Shown one piece after another: positions 50,841 to 63,300 of a stretch of DNA of 64,000 nucleotides. The notes under the pieces are model-generated. The model saw only the letters and a program-made list of their open reading frames with translations, had not been told where the DNA came from and did no database searches. A program made the translations under genes and the position numbers. The DNA comes from Octopus vulgaris (Eukaryota). Positions within the stretch are counted from its first letter, which is position 1. Each line of letters begins with the position of its first letter. The stretch spans positions 209,312,001 to 209,376,000 of the forward strand of contig OX597814.1 in NCBI GenBank assembly GCA_951406725.2. Reading direction: 5' to 3'.

Positions 50841-52079
50841 AATATAATGTGAGACTGTATAACAACTCATTTTAATGAGTGAAATAATAAGAAGATTATT
50901 GTAGAAAAGAATGCGTCTGATTATATATATTTAGCTGACATTAATTAATTTTTGGTATCGGGAATAGTGATTTCTAACAGTGTTACGATGTCATATAGTT
51001 TAGGGAAGGGAACAGTCGATTATATCGATAACAGAATTTGGTTATTTCTATGTGTGTGTGTATGTAGATTTACAAACAAACTGGAAATTGCTGTATGACT
51101 AATGGGTTAGGCTGGAATTGATCTCATAGCTGCCAGATATAATCTTTTATCACGAGGAAATGACTCAATCGAATTAAATACAAAGTTATGCTTTGCGTTA
51201 TTCATTAGAAAAATGAAACAGGAATTATTCATAATGTGTAGTTTCATAATATTTAGTTGACTTGATAAGTTAATATCTCTGGACATTTTCTTCTAACTGT
51301 TGAACTTTCATTTAAATTTATATCTGCTAAAAACATATTGATTTGTTTCTTTTCGTAATGCATTGCAAGTAAAAGGCAAATAAATTTTACTGCTTTCTTA
51401 ATCATAACAACTGAATAGATTAGTTTACGACTGTTTTGGAAAATGAAATGTTTTATCATTAATTATTCATTTTATTAAGAATACTTTCATTATTTTCAAT
51501 ATTGTCTTTCTACGTCTAGTTGCAACTCAACTATTGTTGCTATCAATTGAAAGCCAATTTGTGAAAATTAACATTTTATTCTAGAATAAATGAAGTATCT
51601 TATTTTACATACAAATTCTTCGTGCACTTGTTTTTTTTTTATGTATACTAATTAAGTAGATGAAGTGAGTATAAAATAGAGTGTGAATGAGATATTAAGT
51701 GAATAAAAACACACTTGTTAACATTATTCATTAACCCTCCACATTTCTCGAAAACAAATGTGGTTGTGAATTGTTGTCGAAGTTATTTAGGCAACATCAA
51801 GCATGACTGAGTAAAAGTATGATCAAAGGGCTCAAGTTTGGCCATTTATTCTTTCCCAAATAACGAGTATCCAGGACCATGTTGTCTCAGTGTGATAGAT
51901 CAAACCACTGTTGTCAAGATTGTTACTAGTGTACAAAGCAAACATATTTTGATTTCAGATACTCTAAAACGAGTAGAAAGGATTACATTATTATCTATTA
52001 AACAAAATATCACAATCATAATCTAAATTTAACAATTTAAAATCCAATTTAAACAGAGAAAAAACAAATCCAAATGTAA

Positions 52080-53830
52080 TAATCAGGTAGAGACTAATAT
52101 TAGGGAGTCTACGTATAAATTTATCTGAAAGATTGTTACATTTCGCAAGTCTTCATGTTTTGGTGCTATCTAAGACTAGTCTCGTTTCAAAAACTCTAAT
52201 AGAGTTTGACGGCCAAGGTTACTTATCCTCTAAACGCTAAACATAATTTTCTCAGTGACATGGCCTTTGCGTTGGTGTTTGTATGAAAGGTGTTCCATGT
52301 AGAAGTATATTCCACAAAAATGCTAACTTATATTTCATGTATCCTCAACTGTTTATCAGCTTCAGGATGAATTGCGGCTATTGATAATATTACACTCTGT
52401 GTTGATAAATGATTCGTAGGTTATCCATCTGCAAACATTCAGATTGTTGGGGACTTCAATGCCTACCATTCAGTCTGGTTATATTCCAACAAAGCAGACA
52501 CTAATGCTCGTCACTTTTCAAATTTTTCTGGTATACAAACTTACTCATGTTCTGGCTTTGCCAGCTGGTGATCCATATGTCGATAATCAAAACTCTAAAT
52601 TACTTGTTATTTTCCTAACTATATATCCCAATGTTAGTGCTGGAGCTGTGCTGTCTGTTGTCTCAGTGTGATAGATCAAACCACTGTTGTTCAAGATTGT
52701 TACTAGTGTACAAAGCAAACATATTTTGATTTCAGATAATCTAAAACGAGTAGAAAGGATTCCATTATTATTTGACTAATGCTCCAATTAAAATACTTTA
52801 ATATGTCAGATCTAGATCACCAAAGGTAGCACATTTGATTACTGGCTGGGTTTCTGGTTATGGCTGATAATTTTAACCCATATAAAAATTATTAATAAAA
52901 GACAAGCTCTCAAAACTTGGCTTATTCCGGAATGTGCTTAGGCAAAAATTATATCAATACTTCTACCCAGATCTTCAAAATAGGGAAATAATTCAGCAAC
53001 CTTCTACAGCACCTATACTCAATGCCAAAGTTGTAAAGTATGCCATGACTGGTTATCCAACACTGTATAAGATTGTTCAAGAGAAAATGATCAATAGGTT
53101 ATTTAAATCTGGCAAATCTCCTGTTCCAACAATCAATGAGTCTAAAGTAATCTTATCATCCTCAAATAAAGCCAAGCTATTTTGTAACATCTTCGCAATA
53201 AATGGATTACTCTAACCAAATTTTATTGGATTTTCCTACTCGTGCAAACTGCTTTATTTTTTACTTTGAAGTTTATAAATAGCGATCCATTTAAATCAAC
53301 CGGTTCAGATAAAATTTCAGTCATTATTGAAAATCATATTCCTTGGGATATCTTCAGTTCAAGTAAAGTTCTTTGATCATTGTCCCAAGTAGTGCTTCCC
53401 TCCAGCTTAGGAAAGGGTTTTTAGTTTGCTTTGTTTTCAATAACATTGGTAATCGTTCTTCATCATTTCAGCATAGATCAAGTAATCTATTCTGCAAAGA
53501 AGTAAACTGCTTCAATATATCTTTCACAAGCACAAAATTTACTACTTGAATAAATGAATTTCTGTTAGTGACAAGTAGTCGACTTTTCGGTCTCTGAAGC
53601 CCGTTGATAGCATACTCACAGTCATCACCATAACATAAGTAGTGTATTTTCAAATAATTTGACAAGGTGTGGCATAGAGGAAAGCTTCACAAAGTGAAGA
53701 ATTATGCTATATTTAGTAGAGACTTCCCCATTAAATCATTCTGCAAAAACAAAAAACAAAAAGATCTGAAAGCTGTTGTCAACGGTCGATTCTCTGATGT
53801 TTATGAAGTTTGCTCTTAGTGCCGCAGCTC
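52080..53830 (+). mobile_element. Heavily decayed jockey/CR1-group LINE (APE and RT remnants)
   Basis: NIRG at ~52097, IVGDFNAYHSVW at ~52443, TGSDKIS at ~53300 and FDKVWHR at ~53658. Confidence 0.7.
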
Positions 53831-54674
53831 AGGCAATTTATGCTGCTGTGCTATTCTGAGTTGTGAAAGATGGTATTCTGGATGTAGACTCTGAGCTCCG
53901 TTGTTTTTCTCTGAATTTCCTGTTATTTGTCACTTCACCCACCCCTCTGCTGTTGATTTTCCTTTGGATAGAAAATCCTCATATGAGAACAGTGCGATTA
54001 TTTGAACATTGAACATCGCTTTAATATTATTTTCTTCACCTATCACGTGCTGCACCTGTATTGTGAGTCATTTCCTACCCTTCCCTTCAATTTACTGACT
54101 ATGGATGACAACGGCTGTACAAAACATGTTTCCTAAAGCAAAATCTGATGACTTTTGTAACGAATTTGAACCACGAAGGGGCAGCAAGAAACAAAACAAC
54201 CAGCCAGCTCTATGTGTTCTGATTGGTTTAAACACTATTTTAACAATTAACTTTTGATCATATGAGCAGACGAACAAACTTACAAGCGACTTGAACAGCA
54301 TGTTGTCACCACCATCATACTGTCACCACCACCACCACCACCACCACCTAGCAGATTTGGCTATATGTGCTGAATGAGAGAGGTATATCTTGAAAAGGGG
54401 AATGTTACCCGCCAGAAAGAGACTAAACGATTTAAGTAAAACAGCGATAAAAGAAAGGCTGGTTAACAGAAGAATAAATTGAAGAAACCAAACGCGGTGT
54501 CTTCCAGGCGGATAATAACAGAGTAAGACAGATAAATGTCAATGACACTGAAAGCAGAGACAGGGAGGTTCAGATACCACGCATCACGAGAACCTTACAT
54601 ATGTACAAGGAACCAGAAAACAATTTTTCCGATGAAGAGCTGGTTATTGCTGGTTGACTACATGATAATACCTA

Positions 54675-54920
54675 GGTGGCGAGCTGGAAAAGACGGCGAG
54701 CTGGCAGAAACGTTAGCACACCGGGCGAAATGCTTAGCGGTATTTCGTCTGTCGTTGCGTTCTGAGTTCAAATTCCGCCGAGGTCGACTTTGCCTTTCAT
54801 CCTTTCGGGGTTGATAAATTTAGTACCAGTTACGCACTGGGGTCGATGTAATCGACTTAATCCGTTTGTCTGTCCTTGTTTGTCCCCTCTATGTTTAGCC
54901 CCTTGTGGGCAATAAAGAAA
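54675..54920 (+). mobile_element. Family B SINE (duplicated head) inside the R4/Dong-like element
   Basis: GGTGGCGAGCTGGAAAA-GACGGCGAGCTGGCAGAA followed by the full body. Confidence 0.88.
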
Positions 54921-56238
54921 CAGATATTACCCAATGAGATGAAAGAAAAATGGTTAGCATCAATAAACAATATAAAGACGAATAAAATAATGAAAGAGAT
55001 GCAGATATATAACCAAGTCTTGGACAAGATCAGAAATATCGATATCACCATGAAAACATATTAATATATGTTGCAACAGCGATAATAACGGAAAGACTTG
55101 GAATGAAGAGATTGCAACTTTAAAAGAAAGAAAGAGAACCCTGGTTGAAAAGGCGACTGCAAGAAGAGGTAGACCATTTGGAAAAAGATCTTGTGTGGAT
55201 TGGGATTCTTAACCACGGGGATAAGATAAAACCTAGATTTCATGAAGTAATCCAAAGAAAGTTCTGGCTGGAAGAAAAATGTTATAGAGTAATGGAAGAA
55301 TTAAAACAATGCATAAAAGCGAAAGCTGCCAAGATCAAAAGATACAAGAAGAGAATGGAAAAGTTTTGACAAAACAATTTGTTCGAAACAGATCAAAGTC
55401 GATTTTACAAGGAAACTAAATGGAGATACACTGAACGTACCGCCTAATAAGGAAGAAGTAAAAGTATTTGGAGAAAAATTTGGATCCACGACGTAAAACA
55501 GTGGCAGTACAAAATGGTAAAAGAAAGATAAAGGCAAATAACACAGGTTTGTCAAAACAGAGAAACATAGAAATCGCAGGAGAAAAGTTCGAAAATGTCT
55601 TCAATGGGATGCTAAACTGGGATCTCCTGGACCAGATTTGGTCCAGAGATTTGGGCTAAAATGTTTCACTACGCTTCATGATAAAATTAGCAGACAACTA
55701 AATAATTATATTGAGAGGAGAGATGTTTCTGAATGGATGACACAAGGCAGAACGGTTCTAATATTAAATGATCAAAAGAAAGGAGATATAACAAGCAACT
55801 ACAGACCAATAACTTGCCTTCTACCGACGTTATTGCAAAGGATATATATATATATATATATATATATATCTTGAGGAAGGAGATCTGCTGCCATAAGAGC
55901 AGAAAGGATGCAGGAAAGGTTCCAAAGAGAGAAGCGACCTCTTATATATTGATTAGCAATTCCTCCGAGATGTCAAAAGAAGAAAAAGAAACCTAGAAAT
56001 GACATGGATAGCTTACCAAAAGGCATATGATAGTGTTTCACACTCATGCATCTTAGAATGCCTCATGATACTTAGGATAGCTGAGAATGTTGTCCCGTTC
56101 CTACAAAACAGTATGCCAGAATGAAGAACTATGATGAAAACTCCTTCCGTGGCACTGATTGTTTGTGATTGTATCTAGCCAATCCACTGAGTGGTAAAAA
56201 AACAACAACAATAATAATAATAATAAATAGAAAATGAA

Positions 56239-56469
56239 GGCGGCGAGCTGGCAGAGGCGTTGGCATGCCGGACGAAGTGCTTAGCGGGATTTCGTCTGCT
56301 GCTACGTTCTGAGTTCAAGTTCCGCTGAGGTCGACTTTGCCTTTCATCCTTTCGGGGTCGATAAATTAAGTACCAGATACGCACTGGGGTCGATGTAATC
56401 GACATAACCCCTTTGTCTGTCCTTGTTTGTCCCCTCTATGTTTAGCCCATTGTGGGCAATACAGAAATA
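56239..56469 (+). mobile_element. Family B SINE inside the R4/Dong-like RT
   Basis: Full body. AGAATGAAGAACTAT is duplicated at 56118-56132 and 56470-56484. Confidence 0.9.
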
Positions 56470-56924
56470 AGAATGAAGAACTATACGAACATCAGGTCAA
56501 GATTAGCTCGGTGAAGTCAAGATAAAAGGGAATTTTCTAAGGTGAAACACCATCACCACTGCTATTCGTGGTTGCTCATATTCGTGTTTGACTCTGAGAG
56601 AGGTTAAACCATGCTACGAATTTAGTCGTGATGACAAAGTAAACCACCTCCTATTCTTGGACGACCTGAAATTGCTTGCCAAAAGTGAGGGAACTTTAGA
56701 TTCACTGGTTCAGAATGTTAGAGTTGTGAGTGGTAACGCTGGCATGGAGTTTGGAATAAATAAATGTGCAATGTGATAAATAAAGGAAAAATATCCAAGT
56801 CAGAAAGGATTAAACTCCTAAATAAGACATCGATCCTAACAATGATTGAGGGTGGCTGTTACAAGTATCGAGGTGTATTGGAGACAAATAGAATCCTCTG
56901 CCAATAAATAAAAGCGAAGGTGTG

Positions 56925-58640
56925 AAACTTATTCTCCGAATCCAGGAAGATCGTCCGAACTTCGAGGTCCAGGCTTTTCCTAAATAGCACTGCCACCTCA
57001 TCTCCCATTCTGGGTCGACCAAGAAATGCATAGATATCATAATCGTCGAAAATGGGTGCAAGATCGCGTGTCGGAAATCCTGGTCTCACTGGCTGCTTGC
57101 ACATCCAAACATAGCGACCCGAAGGCATTAAACAAACGACCTTGCTTCCCTCTCTGTATGTGGGCCACATCTATTAAAATTTCTCTGAGGGCTTTCACAG
57201 CGTGACTGATGGAGGCTATTTTAGCTCTCCTGCTTTTGCGCGATGCGCATCTAAAACAGACTGTCTTCTCGGCTTTTGCCTCTATTATTTCGGGCGGTAC
57301 GAGCACTGCTGCCTCACCCCACTCAAATTTAATCACGTCTTTCGCTTTTGAGAATTCACGTGTTTTGTCATCGAATGCGCTGGCAAACATTTCTTTCTTT
57401 GTGATCGTTACATCAGCAGATCTTTTGCTTTTGTTGTCGTTGCTGTTGTTGTTGTTGGTGTTGGTGGTGGTGAAGTTGTAGCAACTCCCACTGTCGCTAC
57501 TCTCGCCACTACTGTTACTGTCATTTCCTTCCACTCTGCTTTCAATTGGAGCATTATTTACCCCAGGAGGCGCAATGGCCCAGTGGTTAGGGCAGCGGAC
57601 TCGCGGTCGTAGGATCGCGGTTTCGATTCCCAGACCGGGCGTTGTGAGTGTTTATTGAGCGAAAACACCTAAAAGCTTCACGTGGCTCTGGCAGGGGATG
57701 GTGGTGGTGATCCCTGCTGTACTCTTTCACCACAACTTTCTCTCACTCTCACTCTTACTTCCTGTTTCTGTTGTACCTGTATTTCAAAAGGGCCGGCCTT
57801 GTCACTCTCTGTGTTACGCTGAATATCCCCGAGAACTACGTTAAGGGTGCACGTGTCTGTGGAGTGCTCAGCCACTTACACGTTAATTTCACGAGCAGGC
57901 TGTTCCGTTGATTCGGATCAACCGGAACCCTCGTCGTCGTAACCGACGGAGTGCTTCCATATGTTGTTGGTGTTGGTGGTGTTGGAGTTGTAGCAACTCT
58001 CACTGTTGCTACTCTCGCCACTGCTGTTACCTCTATTTCCTTCCATTCTGCTTTCAATTAGAGCATTATTTTCCCCAATAAAATCCGTGTCACTGCCACT
58101 GCTGCTGCTGCTGTTGCTATTTCTCAAGTTGCTGCTGCTACCACTACTATTACTGCTGCTACTGCTTTCACTGCTACTACCACTGCTGTCACTGCTGTCG
58201 TTGTTACTGTCACTGCTACCACCGCTGTTGTCGATGTTACCACTGCTGCTCCAGCGAGGTGAACTTTGTACTTTTACTCACTGCGTTTTCTCTTCCCCTT
58301 CTCCTGTATTGTTGCCAGTAAAATGGGGAAGGGGAGGGAAACCTTCAGCAGTCCCTAGACCTGTGTGTGGAGCAGTGTTTCTTAACCTTTTCAAGATGGG
58401 CCTCGCCATCTTGTTGAATATATGATTAAACGCCCACCAAACTTAATTGGAGGACCAAATATAGCTCCGCGAGGAAACAAGCAATCACAGAAAACCAGTG
58501 ACATATTCCTGGTGTTTTATTAAAAAACTTGAGGCAAAATGTATACCGATAAAACTGCACTAAACGGGTGTAAACGAATATTTTGAAAAGTACTTACTTG
58601 AAGCCTTCGAAAACACGTCCGGTTTACTCCACAGCAAATA
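56925..58640 (-). mobile_element. 5' part of a Tx1/L1-like element (UTR, low-complexity ORF1 remnant, start of APE endonuclease)
   Basis: KQGRLFNAFGSLCLDVQAASETR and VAVLFRKSLDLEVRTIFLD are APE N-terminal motifs, preceded by Ser/Asn-rich low-complexity sequence. Confidence 0.65.
57566..57960 (+). mobile_element. Full-length family C SINE
   Basis: Closely matches 5627-6010. Confidence 0.92.
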
Positions 58641-58647
58641 TAATAAT

Positions 58648-59840
58648 TGTTATATAGTGAAACTGTATACCCCTCCCGGTAAAAAGTGGTAGGAGTGAGC
58701 CATTATAAATAGACCAGTAGCCGGTCGTCGAGTCGACAGTTGTAGTCGGTGTCTTGTGAAACTATCAGCGATAGTAAGACAGAAGTTAGTGTATTACTAT
58801 TCCGGTACAAAGATATACAATGATATCCGATGACAAGTAACTATTGTGGCTACTAGTGTAAAACAGCAACTACAGTACAACGGCAGTCACACATCACACC
58901 AGTGGGAAGAAACCACTTTACAACAGTAGTGACGAGGGAAAAGAAATTTACGCTGAGTGAAAAAGACATTCACGCGGAGAGTTGAAACTAATTCGCGTAG
59001 AAAATTAGAGAACTCGACAAAAAAGAAACAAAAATCTTGTTATGCAAACTTACGAAAATCGTAAAATATGAAAGACTTGTTAGCTGGGGTAGTTGAGTTG
59101 CAAAAACAGCAACAATAACAACTCAAGGAACTACGTGAACAACAAGGATTGCAGCAGTAAATGCTTACTCCAGATTCTTTCAAGAGTTGGATTTTTGCAT
59201 AAGGATTGACAGATAAAAGGGATGCAGAAATGCGAACGAAATTTCTAGCAAAACTAGAAATGAACCAGGATTTGACATTGCAGTAACTGTCAAAAGAGTG
59301 TGACATGATATTAAAATCAAGGCATGCTACGGAAGAAATTCAATGGAAAGAGTGTTTTCATATAAGACTAGTGCAAAAAAGTCGGAGGACAAATAAAGTG
59401 TTTCAGGAAAAACAGAAAAAATATCGGGATGTAGGCCCATGTAAGACCTATGGTGGGATGTACCTGTAAAAAGATTGTCTGTATAAGAAAGCAAAGTGTT
59501 TTCGCTGCGGGTTTACTGGACATATAAAATCGCACTGCAAAACTAGAATGATAAGGAAAATTGAACAAACATGAAAAAATAAATAGTTTGTCAGCAGGAC
59601 AAGTTGTGACTACAGCAAACAGAAAATTCGTGATTGTGGGAATTAAAACCATTAGTGTCAGAATGCAATTAGACACGGGAAATGACATTACAATCATAAA
59701 TGAGAAAACATGAGAACAAATGGGTAAACCAGAATTATGCAGTCCAAACAAAATAGCGTACGGTGTTACGGGAAGAAAATTATATTTCACGGGTGAACCT
59801 GTTTGTAATATAATGTTCAAAGGTCGAACTAAAACTGAAT
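58648..59840 (+). mobile_element. Truncated Ty3/Gypsy LTR retrotransposon: 5' LTR (58648-58925), PBS, decayed gag and protease
   Basis: TGTTATATAG...CTTTACAACA termini, PBS-like GTAGTGACGAGG, zinc knuckle CFRCGFTGHIKSHC and protease motif MQLDTGNDITII. Confidence 0.85.
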
Positions 59841-59940
59841 AATTTCTTTTATTGCCATGAAGGGACAACACAGTGGGGACAAAGAGGGACAGACAAGCAC
59901 ATAAAAAAAGGGAGGGAATTAACAGAGAATTAAAAATTAG

Positions 59941-60083
59941 GTGTGGTAAGTAGCTTGTTTACCAACCACATGGTTCCGGGTTCAGTCCCACTGCGTGGCA
60001 CCTTGGGCAAGTGTCTTCTACTCTCGGGCCGACCAAAGCCTTGTGAGTGGATTTGGTAGACGGAAACTGAAAGAAGTCTGTCG

Positions 60084-60114
<31 letters not shown>

Positions 60115-60310
60115 GTGTGTGTGCGTGCGTGTATGTTTGTGTGTCTGTGCTTGTCGCCCTAGCATTGCTTAACAACCGATGCTGGTGTGTTTATGTCCCC
60201 GTCACTTAGCGGTTCGGCAAAAGAGACTGATAGAATAAATACTGGGCTCGAGTTGCTCCATTAAAGGCGGTGGGCCAGCATGGCCGCAGTCAAAATGACT
60301 GAAACAAGAA
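59941..60310 (+). mobile_element. Family A SINE
   Basis: Matches 4735-5105. Confidence 0.88.
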
Positions 60311-60339
60311 AAAAAAATGTATAAATTAGAAATGAAAAA

Positions 60340-63300
60340 ATATGTGGGAACAATAGGGGTCCCACACCCCACGCACCGCCACTGAAGCATTTTCGTACCT
60401 CTATGGCTTCCTTTAGGTTGGGTCATTCACTCCCAGGCAGCTCTGCACTACTTTCCTCTGTCTTTTCGCAAACATGTCGGAAGGCAGGCACCTCTTCTCC
60501 AGTCTTATTTTCCGTTTCAGGTGGAAACGGAAAAAGTTCACCAACCCACGGCTGAAGATGAAGGTAACTGTCTCAATCCCTTTTTCTCTCGTCTTCCAGA
60601 TCGTCTCTTTCACCATTGTTACCACGACAAGGGTACAAACCTTTCTTCTTCAAGGGTACAAACATCTGTACTCTTCCCAGATGACAACAGATGTTCAGTG
60701 TAGTTCCATAGATCTGACAACATCGGACATTGCACGAATGCGTGCAAAACAGTTTCACTGCTTCACCTGCATCTCGAACAAGTAGGCGGCAAAAATTGGC
60801 CATGTCTATACAGCCTATCTCGAACGGGCAGGGGTCCCCGGTAGCACTTCCAGGCCAGGGATTTCTGGTAATTATCCAGAGGTCCTGGCCTGAAAGTTCT
60901 TCGAAACAGGCTAACAATCTGACGTTCGTTGAAGCCCAGAGTTCTCCCCAGGTCGTCGTCGCTCTCTACCAACCCTCTATAGAAGGACGAGGTGGAATCC
61001 CCGCCGCTCACATTGCCCCTGCGGGAGAGGAGCTAGAGAGTCTGACAGCACTCCGCATGCCATTCATCCAGCCTGGGTTTACACTTTAACCACAGTCCCA
61101 GTTCACTAAAAGACGTGAATTAAGGAAGAATGAACTTTACAAACGGAGACCATACCTGCTCACCATCCAGAGGTGCCGAAGTCGAAGCGCGAGTCTCCTC
61201 AGTCTCAACCACGGCATCCCTAGCCCGACCTTTAGCGGCTGTTGGCAACATATAGATAGTCGGACTTGCCGAACCCCGCCTCTCCACAAAAAGCGTAAGA
61301 GTAGGCACTCCGACTTGTCAAACCATGAATCCGGGCGAGGCATAACGGTTAGGCGGTAGGTTATGACAGATGCGATAAACACATTTGTCACTTCCGCCCT
61401 CCCTTTCAGGGATAGCTGCCTTCCAGACCAGGGCTGGGTTAGGCCAGCCACTCTTCTTGTGACCTCGCTCCAGTTTCTATCTATCTGGAGGTCTGGACCA
61501 AGCCAGACCCTAACATTTTCACCGGACCGTCAGTCCAACGTCCCACGACGCTGTATGACGTCATCAACTTGCTTCTCCAGTTACCGAGCTGCAAGCCAAC
61601 CAACTTCTCTTGGTTTATTCTTGCTCTTGCCACCGCCTTGTATTCTTTTATGACATCATCCACTTGTCACAGGTGGTTACCACTGGATACCATGATTGTC
61701 ATGTCATCCGTGTATGCTGTTACAGTTCCTCCGAAACCGAGATTTCGTGGGACGCCCTCCAAAGCCTCCACCTCTCGCAGTATGGGCTGCAATGCCAATA
61801 CATAGAGAAGAAAAGAATGGGGGAATCCTTGACGAACGGAGCGCCTGACACAGAACGGATTCAACAAGAACCCATTCGCCCGAACTATCGACGAAATGCT
61901 GTTGTAAATATCCTTGAGCCAACCACGGAAGGTCGGTCCAAAGCCAGCTGCTTCGAGGACTGACGCTAGGTATTGGTGGTCCACACTAACGAGTGCTTTA
62001 AACTGGTCTAAAAGGGCCAGAGCCCCACCTAAACCAGGTCTTCTATTTGCTCTATATATAGTATAGCCTATAAAGCGAAGATTGCCGTGGATGGTCCTGC
62101 CTGGAACGGCGCATGTCTGCGATTGCCCGACAAGTCCATCGACGACCCGCGTCAACCTTTTCGCTAATACTTTGGCCAAAATCTTCAACTCTACATTTAG
62201 TAGAGAGATGGGCCTAAAATTATCTAACATTTCCCCCTTGCTTGGGTCGTTTCTAACCAACACTACCACGCTCCGGCTCACAGAACTGGGTATACGACTA
62301 TTCTGCTGTCAGTAGGTGAAAATGCTCGCTATCAGGTGCCCAAACAAGCCTGGCATCGTTGTGTACAACTTGTAGTATAGACCATCTCTTCCCAGCGATT
62401 TTTCATTTCTACAGTCGACCAAGACGTCCTCCACCTCTGCGGCTGAGATCGGCCCTTCACAACGCTCCGCTTTCCTCCCCGAGAATCGCGGCACACCGGT
62501 GAGGAAGTCCGAAAGGTTCCTCCTACGATCCAGTGTGCCGCTTCCACCAAAGAGCTGGGCGAAGTGCTGGTGAAGAACCTCAAACATTTCATTGGGTTCG
62601 TCCACCAACCGCTCGTGTTGATCCGTCAAAGACCCAATTGTGGCAGCATTGTCACGCTGAGTCTCTACCACAGAGGCCCATCCGGTGACGTTGATTCATT
62701 CAGTGTAAAATACTGAGATTTCTTCATCAAATAGATCTGCGCAACGCGCGCAAGTTTTTGTTGATGAGGGTTGGGGTGTAGAGTGGGACGTTGCGCGCGG
62801 GGTGGATGATATGGATTGCGTCGAAGAGCCAGGGTTTCTTCCGGCAAGGGATGGGGTGTGGGAAAGGGGAGTTTTTGGGGGAGGGACAAGGGGTGGACGA
62901 TGGAGTGGCGTGTGGTATCTCGGTAGGGTGGGTTTTATCCGATGTGCAATTGGGTAAATCTTTTTCCCTTTTTTAGAAGAGATTTCTGTCCACTGCATTT
63001 TTTCTGGGACGCCAGTTCCTTCCGTTGCTGCTGTTTCTGCTACTGCAGCTGCTGCTGATGTCTTCGCTACTGCTAACTGCTTGTTAGCTGTTACTACTGA
63101 TAACTGATGCTGATGTTTTGGTGACGGCTAATGCCGACTGCTTGCTAGCTGCTGTTTTGGTTGCGGTCGCCATCGAAGTCTTGCTTACTACTATGTCTGT
63201 TGTTGAAGGTTTGCTTACCGCTGCTGCTGTTGGTTTGGTTGTAGCTGTGGCTGCGGTAGGAAGAGGTTAGTTGTAGGAAGTTGGCAGAAAGCCCTAATGT

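Larger units (their letters stand above)
54380..56900 (+). mobile_element. Decayed R4/Dong-like non-LTR retrotransposon (N-terminal region and RT), with two SINE insertions
   Basis: LKQCIKAKAAKIKRY..QNNLFETDQSRFYKE, EWMTQGRTVLI, NYRPITCL, EQKGCRKGS, WIAYQKAYDSVSHS, NHLLFLDDLKL and GMEFGINKCA. Confidence 0.88.
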
